Origin: Acanthaster planci
Taxonomy: Eukaryota
Assembly: GCF_001949145.1 (NCBI RefSeq)
Contig: NW_019091360.1
Coordinates: forward strand, 1,039,858-1,085,442
Reading direction: 5' to 3'
DNA length: 45,585 nucleotides
The position numbers and the translations under genes are program-made. The notes beneath the pieces are model-generated. The model had not been told where the DNA came from and did not search any database. It saw nothing but the letters and a program-made list of their open reading frames with translations. Shown piece after piece: positions 1 through 10,104 of the stretch (position 1 is the first letter of the stretch; each line of letters begins with the position of its first letter).

Positions 1-255
1 GCGCAGTGTGGAATTTGAAATGCAACTTATTGTGCATGCCACTGAAGACAGCTATTGCATATGAGACTATGGAGCAGTAGCACTACGGTGCACATGAGGG
101 GTAGCCTACTTGGCAGTTCGTCCACACTTTCCGAATTTAAATTGGTAAACAGGAAGGTAACGAAATCGTAGTGTAACTAATATAAAACAAACCACGCGCA
201 AGCAATTGCCTAAATTTGTGCCGGATATGGGAGGGATTAGTACCACCCATGACAC

Positions 256-489
256 CAGTGGCATATCCCGCGGGGGGTAATTGAAGTAATCTTTATATTT
301 TTTATCAAATATTAGGACCAAAAACCTAAGAAAACAACATCACGAAAAAAAGCTAAGATGTCGAGATCGTTAGTAAAGCTTTTGATAATTTTTTTACCCC
401 CAACCATCATGTTAAATGAGCCAAAGCCGTATTCGCTTTTAAACTCCCCCCCCACACACACACATACCAAAAGCTGGATACGCCACGTG
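256..489. mobile_element. Degenerate MITE-like element with GC-rich short TIRs
   Basis: Left end CAGTGGCATATCC is followed by a G-run; right end is a C-run followed by GGATACGCCACGTG (reverse complement CACGTGGCGTATCC). No clear TSD. Confidence 0.55.
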
Positions 490-548
490 ACAAGAAAGAC
501 CGAAGACTCACGGAAGTTTATCCCGACAGCAATATTCATATTCATAAC

Positions 549-603
549 CAAGGGCGGATGCGGGGGGGGGCAATGGGGCCATTTGGGTCTGGGTCCGGCC
601 TTG
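549..603. mobile_element. Tiny (~55 bp) TIR element relic, same general GC-rich class
   Basis: CAAGGGCGGATGC-G-run ... GGGTCCGGCCTTG; the ends are imperfect inverted repeats. Confidence 0.4.
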
Positions 604-2963
604 GCCTTGACATAACTGTCTGGGGACATGTACATGTGCTTCTTTAATGGTAAATTGTTTTACTGCCAGTCTTGAGAGGAGATTGGTCATTACGCTTCGC
701 TGAAGCTTGCTCTGTTGAATTTTCCGACTTCCTTTGAAACAAAAAATCCTCTTGCCACTAATGTAGCCTTTATTCAAGTCTGGTTACCCCATACTCGCTT
801 ATCGACATGTATAAGCGCATGCTGATGCCACAGATGTAAGCCCATAATATGCTATGGTTTGTTCGAGCAAGCATGCTATTCTGTAATATAGGTCAGAAAA
901 AATCATTGAAAAATTTGGAATAACAGGGTCGCAACTGTCGAAATTGCAAACAAAGTGCATACAATCTTGTCCTTGCTCTATGATACAACTAAAAAAATGG
1001 AAAACGAAAACAAGGAAATTGACCCAAGCCAGTGCCTGCATCCGTTTCACGAAAAATGCATGATTGCTTAGTTTCTAAAACAGAAGTTTTGTTCTGTGCT
1101 GCATCGTGACATATGTAATACAGGGTCATATACGTTGATACTATGCTCGTGTACACGCTTGACAAGGTAGATAACACCAAATTGTAGGACTACAGAAAGT
1201 TGAAATCTATTCCACTCAGCAACCTAATTAGTTTTCAGGCATGCCATTCATTGCGAATTGTCGTGTGGAGATTTGACAGTCAGTGGCTGTTCACTTTGTG
1301 AGACCTGCCCCGCTGATGTTTGGGAGGCAAATGGATCGATGCAGAGCAATTGCCGCACTGATCAATACAACCGGTACGGAATTATACGAGAACCCTGTCG
1401 TACAGTATGCCATGTGCTGTTAATACTATAGGCACGGTGTCAGCAACAGTATCGCGTGTGTTTACCCTCATGGGTATGTGAATTATGACCGCCTCTGTTG
1501 AATTGGTGCACACATAGCCTAGCAAATCCCGAAAGGTTAGGAATGTTGGGAGTATGAGCTACATTAGGTTAAAGGAGAATGACGAAAAATGTCGTATCAC
1601 AAATTAATGGCTGCCGGTGTTGTCGGATTTGGTTTTTGATGTGTTGATATAACATTGTCGATGCTATGATCCAGGGTAAACTCCAGAGCCAGGATGTTGA
1701 TATGGGGGGGGGCGGCATTGAGCATGATTATGAACGGAGCTCCTGGGGGTTTTTATGCGAACTTCAGGCTTCTATATGACCTCAGGGCATGAGAAGCATT
1801 AACCTTCCCATGCTGAAACTGTCTGAGTGGAACTGCTGGAAAAGTTTCTGAGTGACACCATGCAAATATCCTTATCTTTATCTATATTCGTGAAAAAGCT
1901 GAAACTTAATTTCTCAACTCTTATAATCTTTGATATTTGGTACTCCTTGTCATGTTCTTGTCCGTGCATTAGTCCATGATCTGTCACTTGTAACGATATA
2001 GGCCCCCCTATTTGTCCTCAGGCTGGAGAACAAAAAGCTATGCTTCGCGCTATAAATAACGCGATTTAGTTACATGTTTTCTTGATTTATAAGTAGACCC
2101 CATTCCTGTTTAATACACATGCAGTCATCTGTTTATTGTTTTTTTTTAATTGTGTAAGAAACGTTTAATAATTGGCTAAAAATATTACAGGTGGCCATTG
2201 CAGTTCCTTTTTTTCATTTTTGTATTGATTGGCAAAAGATTAGAAACCTACAGGAATCACGAAAAATTATAGTAATTGGAGACTTCTACACAAAAGTCTT
2301 TAGACCTAACAGAAGAAAAAAACATGGAAGGTTGAGAAGTAGATAAGCAGCCAGCAGATAATATGATAAATTAATGTTAAAATATGGGTTCTGGTTATTA
2401 TTGCAATTAATCCTGTAGTCAATGTCATCGGCGCACTTACATGTACTTTTACTGGGGTCACACGGGTGGAGACACTGCCGGATCGGGGTGGGGGACAGAG
2501 TATGGTCCTCAGGGAAATTTTTGGTTCTGCTGTTGAAAAAGATGGGGAAAGGTCATACGGGGTTGACTATTCCATTTCTTTTCCTCCCCAAAGCGTGTAA
2601 ACAACTGCGAAATTTTGGCTCACTCCTCACAGAGGTCCGGCAGAAAAAGTTACATAAAGAACCCCTCCCCGAAGATTTGTTCCAGATCTGCCGTCGGATG
2701 GAGAACTTTTATCTAATAAACCAAAATGACTTTACATTGGCATGTTAATTGCCGTGGCGTCGAGTGTCACCTTCTGGAGATACGTGGATAAATCTGTACG
2801 TTTTTGCAAAGTAATACAGATGCCTACAAATCGATAAACAGGTAAAATGGCTATCATTTCCAACCAACAGTGATCCAAACAACTGAAACGATAGCCAAAA
2901 AAAGAGCAACAATCACATCCAATAAACGATGTTGACAAATGGGTGACGTTGCTCAAAAGACCG

Positions 2964-3086
2964 TTGGCTGCATCCGAATCTGTTGTCTATAGCTAGGTCA
3001 AGGTCTTCACCCCACTGGAAATACGCATTGACGCGCAGATAAAAGACCTAGCCGTAGCTCTGGAAGCCTGTTTCAGACACGGCCAA
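2964..3086. mobile_element. MITE family A, short copy
   Basis: Ends TTGGCTGCATCCGAATCTG... and ...CTGTTTCAGACACGGCCAA are imperfect inverted repeats; ends and inner sequence match 9765-10104. Confidence 0.75.
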
Positions 3087-4511
3087 AGAACAAAGTTTCA
3101 AAAACTGGCTGCTTTTGACTTGAGTCAAGCTGAATGTATCAAGTAAAGGCTTTGCTTGTAGCCCAGTTACGCCCGAACAGGGCGCTGAGATGGGCTGACG
3201 GCCCTGCACTGCAGTTGGCTACATTGCGCACGACCTGCGACCGCGAGGGTACCACATTCTGGTAGCGAAAGGTTATTTCATTTGTTACATTTGCCAATGG
3301 CAATGCTTCGGCACCAGTGTTGCCTCTGGATAATTTTTTTTTCAAGATTAGGGTTTGAAATTTTTCAAGATTTTCAGGCCATTGTAAATTATTACACAAC
3401 CCTTTGTAAACGTAACAAAGTACACGTGTACATATAGGCAGGCCTATACTGGTTTTTCTGAAGTTCACGCAGAAAAATTATGCTGCAAGCAGTACAGTAA
3501 ACTGGCGCCATTATTTTCCACGGACTGACACGTACTGGACAGTATAGTTTAAACGCGTCTTGACTTGGATACTATACGCACAGCCTAAAAAAAACACACA
3601 AAAAATGAAAAGAAATTGAAAGATAACGGACCAGACAATAATTTAATTTGTGTTTCAGAAACCTCAAGGATGTTGGTATGCATGTTATTGAGCCCTGGAC
3701 AGTGCTACTGTTTTCAATGGGGCTTGAATTAGTAGACTGTATCCATCAGCCCCTCCCAGCGTCCTGTTTGGTAATTGGGCGCTGGGCAAAGACCAAAATG
3801 TAACTTAGGCAACCTTTTGCAACTGCATCAATCCGTTGAGGGCGGTATACCATTACGGCGCCTGGTAATTTAATTGGCCAACGGGGTATTGTTGCCGATG
3901 TTAAAAAGACTCTCGATCGGGCTTTCTACCTCCTTATTTGGTTTCCCAGCCTCACACGAACGTTTATAGTTGTCATTATTCTGTGTTCAACGTCATGCGC
4001 ATCACGGCGTTAACTAGTCAACTTGTTCTTCAACACCTCAATACCGGCACATGCACCGGGAATGAAATCCTGTACACTCTAAATATGGCAAGGAGCACAT
4101 ATATCTCATTATCCTAATTCCACACAGTTCAAAGGAAGTAATATGTGTAGGGGAGGGGTGCATGAAGTTATATCTCATTCTCAAGGTTGGGGTAGTCGTG
4201 CCAGCAATTATTCACGGTTATTCGCCAAACCTGAAGCTGTCCCTGATCGGGTGCGTATACTGATTATGAATACATGTAATACACAATGGATGAATCATTA
4301 ATCAACAAGCCTCACTGACCTCCTAAAACTGCAAAACTAAAGATGAAAAGGTCAAGAATTCTGTATAAAGTCCTGGACATCTCAGTGTTTGCATAAGGGC
4401 GAATCGATTGTCAAGAAAGTGAAATAAAAATACACAATTTACGTCGATGACAGAACAAACAAGAAAAATATTACGGTCAAGGCGGTTTATGAATTGTGCA
4501 ATGACTGAAGA

Positions 4512-4563
4512 AATCCCCTGTAATCTGATTGGTCGGTCGTCAGTCACGTGTCACTGAATTATT
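4512..4563 (+). repeat. Diverged terminal arm related, in inverted orientation, to 5043-5092
   Basis: ATCCCCTGTAATCTGATTGGTCGGTCGTCAGTCACGTGTCACTGAATTATT vs reverse complement of 5043-5092 ATCCCTGTCATCTGATTGGTGGATCGTTGATCACATGTAATTGAATTATT. Confidence 0.65.
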
Positions 4564-4620
4564 TGCACGTTCCTACCGCTAAAAAACAGAAAATCTGTTC
4601 CAATGTACATTGTATAAAAA

Positions 4621-4652
4621 TAATGAATGTTCATGATAATGAATGTTCATGA
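4621..4652. repeat. 16-bp tandem duplication
   Basis: TAATGAATGTTCATGA x2, exact. Confidence 0.9.
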
Positions 4653-4797
4653 GTGCATTGGTGGGAGTAATTTTGTTAGGTGACAGATGTAATATCCTAT
4701 TTCACGATGATAAGCCGAGTGTGATGGAACATTTCATCTGTCACCTATTGAAACTGTTATTACCACTGCATGAATGTGAAACATTAATTATTTGTTA

Positions 4798-5110
4798 TAT
4801 ACTGTACCTGCATAAATCCCTGTCTATTCGGAGGGAAAAAAATAACAGTCCTCGTGTATTTCTACGTTCGCTATTTTATGAAACAAACCTGTGTCTGAAG
4901 CGACACCAACTGGTAGTTTCGTATTATATTAGACAGGTTCTCGTCCCTGCAATACTTCCCTCTTTCTTACTGTGAATAAAATATTTGAAATGGGAGCGGG
5001 AACCAGGCAAGTGATATGAAGTTCTATTTGTTGAATAGAACGAATAATTCAATTACATGTGATCAACGATCCACCAATCAGATGACAGGGATCTATGCAG
5101 GTACTGTATA
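4798..5110. mobile_element. Non-autonomous DNA transposon with ~27-bp TIRs and TA ends
   Basis: Left TATACTGTACCTGCATAAATCCCTGTC; right end reverse complement TATACAGTACCTGCATAGATCCCTGTC (2 mismatches). Confidence 0.75.
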
Positions 5111-5138
5111 AAACGATCCATGTCTAAACACTGTGACA

Positions 5139-5419
5139 GGAGGTGTGCTTGTGGGGGGGGGACGGGTTAGTGTGTTACCGTGTTACCGGAACCGTTCTTT
5201 CCTCGCTTCTCACCAATGAAGCCCGGGTTTGAGTCCATTTAGTTTCCAGTCCATACTCGCTCTCGCAGGTTTTCTCCAGGTACTCCGGTTTCCTCCTGCC
5301 TCTAAAACTGGACCTTCCTAACTCCACAATGTGATGCTGATTAATAAAGGTTACGAATAAACGTATGTAATTATTGGCACAAATAGCCCGAGTAGCTGAA
5401 AGCGACATTAAAACAAAAC
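5139..5419 (+). mobile_element. tRNA-derived SINE with V-domain-like core
   Basis: tRNA-like head with B-box-like CCCGGGTTTGAGTCC, core GGTTTTCTCCAGGTACTCCGGTTTCCTCC typical of V-SINE-type central domains, A/C-rich tail, and flanking direct repeat AACACTGTGACA (5127-5138) / AACACTGTCACA (5420-5431). Confidence 0.8.
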
Positions 5420-7848
5420 AACACTGTCACAAAACTGAGTGAATCCGTGATGTAGTGATTTATATTATCCAGAGGAGAGTTTTCAGGATTTATTCATGTG
5501 GTGATGGCACATTTATAAAAATAATAACAAATATTTCACTTCCGTGAGATGGAAAGCATTATAAATGAATTATGAACAATTTCACTCGGGTTAAAGATGA
5601 AATGTCGCCACATGAGTTCCACTGCATAATTGCACAAGCTAACACCCATTACCCGTCTAATATCGTACGATACATGCCTAGTCACACGAGAAGCTCTTTC
5701 CGGAATATTGTTTTTCACCATTTTAAAAATATTTTTCAATTACTGCATTATTATTATTCTAAATATTTTAACCCCCAAGAGAAATACAATGAATTTGAAC
5801 ATATATGAATGTACTGTAGTATTGTTGTAGGGCCCTATATTATCAACCGTTTTACTGAAAGTTAGATTATTAACCGGCTGTCAATATCAGACCTACAATT
5901 TCGATTGTCTGGTATTAATGCATGGGTAGAAAACAATCTGCATGTTATTTAGATGATAAAATTCCAGATATTTGTGGGGTGTGAAAAACAACATCGTTCC
6001 GCACTAAATATGGAGCCTTAGGTGGTAAGAAGTACGGAGTCATAATTCCAAAAGCCCCGAACCAAACAGGCGAGACGAAGAAAGAAACAAATTCGATTTC
6101 TTGAATATTAACTTGAGCGAATTAAACAGTTTGATTGTTGAAAGAGCGGCCACCCTTACGCGTAAAAGCGCACTGCATGTACATGCACACTTTTTACTTT
6201 GATAAAATTATAGACATGCTGCGGGAGATTTTGTGCATTGTGCAGTGTCTGAAAGGTGAACAAAAGCATGAACACACTGCGGTGGGGTCAGATCGAAAAA
6301 TTAAGATGCCTGTGGTACCTTCTAAGGAAATGAAAATGGAAAGCGCAAATGTAGGCCTACGCAGGCTAGTTCAAATAGCCCTCGACAGATATCGAGGTTT
6401 GGTGGTAAAGGGTCTCTCTTCTTTAAAATGACCAATGAAATTACATGCGAAAACGATGACTCCGGAACAGGACTATCGTAGTATGAGCCTAATTTCCCCC
6501 TTTGGAACTCTTGTCCCCTTCCGAGAGAAGAGCCTGGCTTCGTAGCCAAGGGTGGCAACTGTCCCAACTCCCGTCTTGCCCCCCCAAAAAAAACCCTGAC
6601 CAGGCCATTGTTTTGACCTACACTGTGTAACTAATTTTCTAGTGAACGCGATTAGAGTCACTTTAATTCACGCTCTGATTACCAATCATTGGGGCCTGAT
6701 TAAAAAGGTTGTATACACTGGTTACCAAATTGGTTACATTTTTATGTTAAAAAAACTGCAGAATGAGCTCTCTTTCTCTGAAAGAAACGCGTTCACAGCT
6801 GTCGTTAAGGTTATTTCAGAAAAAGTGATGGTCAGTTTTATACTCATTATGGGAAAGTATATTGATACCACGATAATTATTTATGGAATGATAATGATAT
6901 AACCCAAGTCTTTTGTAATCATTCAAGCGCAATACGAAACGAAACTACAATGAATTTACTGTAACTTCAAATAGTTTTACTGAAGCAGCATGCCAATGTT
7001 GAACGAATTGTTTGTCTATTTTATTGCATCGAGATAACGACTGACAAGGCTGTTTGTGAATTTATTGAACATCGATATTCCGTATATTTGCCACTTACAA
7101 GTCCACCCACACGAGTTGAATGTGGACATCAAGTGATGCGTAAAGCCACTATTGTCAGTAGTGTGTGTAAACAGCACCTGCCAGAGGGAGGAGGTGCACA
7201 AACCACATCAGCATATATCTCGTGCTTTCGCCGGATGCAAGTTCTCCATCGAGCGTGCTTGGCTGATCGTCTCTTATTTTGGGCGAATATTTTGCTGTTT
7301 CTCACAGAAGAAGTCGACTATTATTTGAGGTACACGACTTGCACGAGTAGCATCCTCCGTCCCAGTGAAATATCAAAGAATTTGGACGCTTTTTGGTGGG
7401 AAAACTGACCGATCTTTGTTTGGAAGTTCATGCTTCGATTATCGCCTTTATCCGTATAGGCCTAGGCCTCCCATCGCATTCATTCAGTATACACACTGTA
7501 GGACAATCCATTAAAGGTTCGCTCGCAATTAGCCTTGCTGTGCTGTATCGTAAGTTCTGAAGTAGCCAGAAACTCACAGATTGGCAGGAATGGAGAGGAA
7601 GAATTGTCACTTCTTGTTGTCAAGATCTGAGTGATTCGGTAGAAGTTTTCGAGGAGAAAAGGGGGCCAGAAAATCGCCCATGATTCACGCCTTAAATTAC
7701 CGGCTGGCTGGATACGTCGAACCACAAATTTGTTCCCCGGAGCGCGTTGGGTTTTAAATCCACTCTGGCCAAAGACTTGCCCTTCTCGTGTTGTAATCCT
7801 GTTCGTGTCGTCACGATAATTAACCAAGATCGTCTTTGCTGTTCACAG

Positions 7849-7880
7849 GTCTGGATACGTCGTTTTTTTTGGATGCCAAG
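7849..7880 (+). other. Probable 5'UTR part of the ATG exon, preceded by a splice acceptor
   Basis: TTAAC branch-like motif, then TCGTCTTTGCTGTTCACAG|G at 7848/7849. This implies an upstream non-coding exon; candidate donors are GTAAGT at 7550 and GAG|GTACAC at 7330. Confidence 0.5.
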
Positions 7881-8080
7881 ATGAACGGGGTGGATCGAGA
7901 CGTCCAGCAGCAGCATGCAGCGTGTGGCAGTGGTCGTCGCGGGAATGTTGCTGCTGCTGTTGCTGTAACTGCTGCCTCGGTAGCCGAGCGCGAGCAGACC
8001 ACTTCCCAACAAGATCGCGAACAGAAATCCGCAAATACGGGGAAGTGGACGCACAAAATGTATGCCAGGAGTACCAAAAG
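7881..8080 (+). CDS. UBE2E: UBE2E-like ubiquitin-conjugating enzyme, first coding exon (N-terminal extension ending MYARSTK-R)
   Basis: ATG in CCAAGATG context; 200 nt open; ends AAAAG|GTACGG (phase 2) and joins in frame to 8583. The KR|IQKEL junction matches UBE2E gene structure. Confidence 0.85.
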
Positions 8081-8582
8081 GTACGGCAAACTAGGAGAAC
8101 AGTGCTGGAAAGCTGTTCAGGAGTGTTATTTTATTTGTTGGGCGATTTGAGGCCGATGCTCGAGCGATCGATGTCTAATCATTGAATGGTGTGGCGCTGA
8201 CAAGCCTGAAATGTAAAGTCCACGCTACGGCTCTTGTTACGGGCCCACAGCTCATTTGCATATAAGCTAAAAACCGTTCCTGTTCTGTTTCGGTCCAAAT
8301 TTGACCATCCAGCCCTACTCGATCTGGAAGATCTAGATGAGCTCTTTCTGCTGGTGTGAAAATTATTGCCATAATTGCCAGAATTCGCGAGATATCGCGT
8401 CTGCAAAATAAGCCACGTAGGCTCTATGGTTAGGAGATCGGCCATGTTTTTATATGCGCCGTGTATACATTATGCCCGTGTGTACACACATTTGCGGAAA
8501 GGATCCAAATTTTCTTTTTGCTTTGTCTCGCTTTCTATTGAGAACAGTGAAGCAGGAAATTGTCTTTGATTTTTATTTTCAG
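8081..8582 (+). other. Intron (502 nt, phase 2)
   Basis: GTACGG ... TTTGATTTTTATTTTCAG. Confidence 0.88.
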
Positions 8583-8633
8583 GATTCAGAAAGAACTAAG
8601 AGAAATTATGTCGGATCCTCCACCAAATTGCAG
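8583..8633 (+). CDS. UBE2E: UBE2E-like second coding exon, 51 nt: (R)IQKELREIMSDPPPNC(S)
   Basis: Strong acceptor and CAG|GTAATT donor; the translation matches UBE2E helix 1 (RIQKELAEITLDPPPNCS) with the expected exon size and phases. Confidence 0.93.
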
Positions 8634-9764
8634 GTAATTTTTAGATTTTCCTCCATTCATGCCATTTAGTACTCACACTAGGCCTAGTTTAGCAAAATTT
8701 GCTTAAACGTGGCCATGAGCATGATGACTGAAAAAGATACTTTGATGTAAAAATTATTTAGTCATTTACTAACAAGTTAGATTGGGATTGTTTACATTTT
8801 GAACTTCTGTTGTCAAGATTGAAGACATTCCAGATCTAAATGACAGCTGACATTGCAATGGAATTTTTGTGACATATGTATGATGTATGTGAAGACCTTT
8901 TGAAACATAAAAAATGTTGATAATAGTAATGGTTGGACTCAATGCATCAAAATTACGATTTCATTTGTAAAATGAAACAACACTATTCCTTAATAGCCAG
9001 AACTGCTTGTACCATTCAACTTTCAAGTGCAACTCGAATGACAATTTAAGTCTTTAAGGATGAATTTCTTTGTGGATAGAGTTCTCAGAAAACGTTGTTC
9101 CACTTTAATTTTTTAAAATTGTCTTTAAACCTGGAAGATGTGTTAAAATATTAATTTTGAATAAACTGTGTTCACGGTAACGTGAAATTTACAATATAGA
9201 GCACTGCCACAAAGAGGTCATTCTACAAGTTTATGGTTGGCTAAAACTTTGGATTGGAGCAAATCTCAGTCAACAGCTTCAGGGCATTCTGAAATAAGAG
9301 TTTGTAGACTTTCAAAATGAACATACGTGTACACTTGAGAATCAAACACCGAGAACTATTGAAGTTCACCGTGTGTAGCTGCTAAATAGAATTTGGTGGC
9401 TGGTTCCCAGCAGTGTCGGTAATTTTGAGGACAGGTAGCTGCCATGGTAAACACATAAAGTCTTACATAATGCGTAGGATATTCATTAGTTTGTAAACAG
9501 CATAAAGTTGTGCTAAAGTGGAGATCATAATGCAAAATAATTCAAAGAGAAATTGAGGAACTTTTTTCTGAATTTTAATGCGTGTTAGGTAATTTGCAAA
9601 GACAAGCTAGGTCCAATATTCTTGAATGCTGATGCTAATTGAAAATCAGTAAAATGGGTTTGAACAATTTTGGCCAGTTTAAAAAAAATTGGGAAAATAG
9701 GTGGAATTCTTACCATATTTATCACATGACTGATGCGTTACCTGACCCAAAGGTCTTCCAAGCT

Positions 9765-10104
9765 AGGCTGCATCCAAATCTGTTTCCTAGAGCTATCTGT
9801 AGGTCTAAGTCTTCATGCCATTGGAAATACGCAGAGACATGCAGGAAATAGAGTTTTTCTGCATGATGCCACATGATGGGCTAAGACATTTCAGGAAGCG
9901 CACCATGTCAGTGGAGGTGTGTGAATTTTCGAATCTGTGTATTTCTGTTTGCAGTTTCATGTATGATAGAATGTTGAGAGACGTCAAAGGCGCGCGCATT
10001 TCTGCACACATCCGTGTAAATGGAATGCTGACCGTAAAAGTCATGTGACTGAAAATCCTCTGCAGGCCCACCATAGCTCTAGAAACCTATTTCGGACACG
10101 GCCT
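9765..10104. mobile_element. MITE family A, long copy
   Basis: AGGCTGCATCCAAATCTGTTTCCTAGAGCTA ... TAGCTCTAGAAACCTATTTCGGACACGGCCT inverted ends; shares GTCTTCA...TGGAAATACGCA with 2964-3086. Confidence 0.78.

Larger units (their letters stand above)
7190..8460 (+). promoter_or_regulatory. CpG-rich promoter / 5' region of the UBE2E-like gene
   Basis: High CpG density around the ATG exon, dropping sharply after ~8.6 kb. Boundaries are approximate and the TSS cannot be determined from sequence. Confidence 0.6.

Noticed and set aside
3199..3216. Minus-strand ORF contains NCSAGP, the UBE2E exon-junction peptide
   Set aside because: The flanks (VVRNVA / SAHLSALF) bear no resemblance to DPPP / KGDN, so this is a chance 6-aa match and not a retrocopy.
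7836..8150. Listed 104-aa ORF as a complete protein
   Set aside because: Only 7881-8080 is supported; the rest lies upstream of the ATG or past the donor at 8081.
7480..8185. Overlapping alternative-frame and antisense ORFs with poly-Q, poly-C or poly-S
   Set aside because: Shadows of the GC-rich GCT-repeat coding exon; no recognisable homology.
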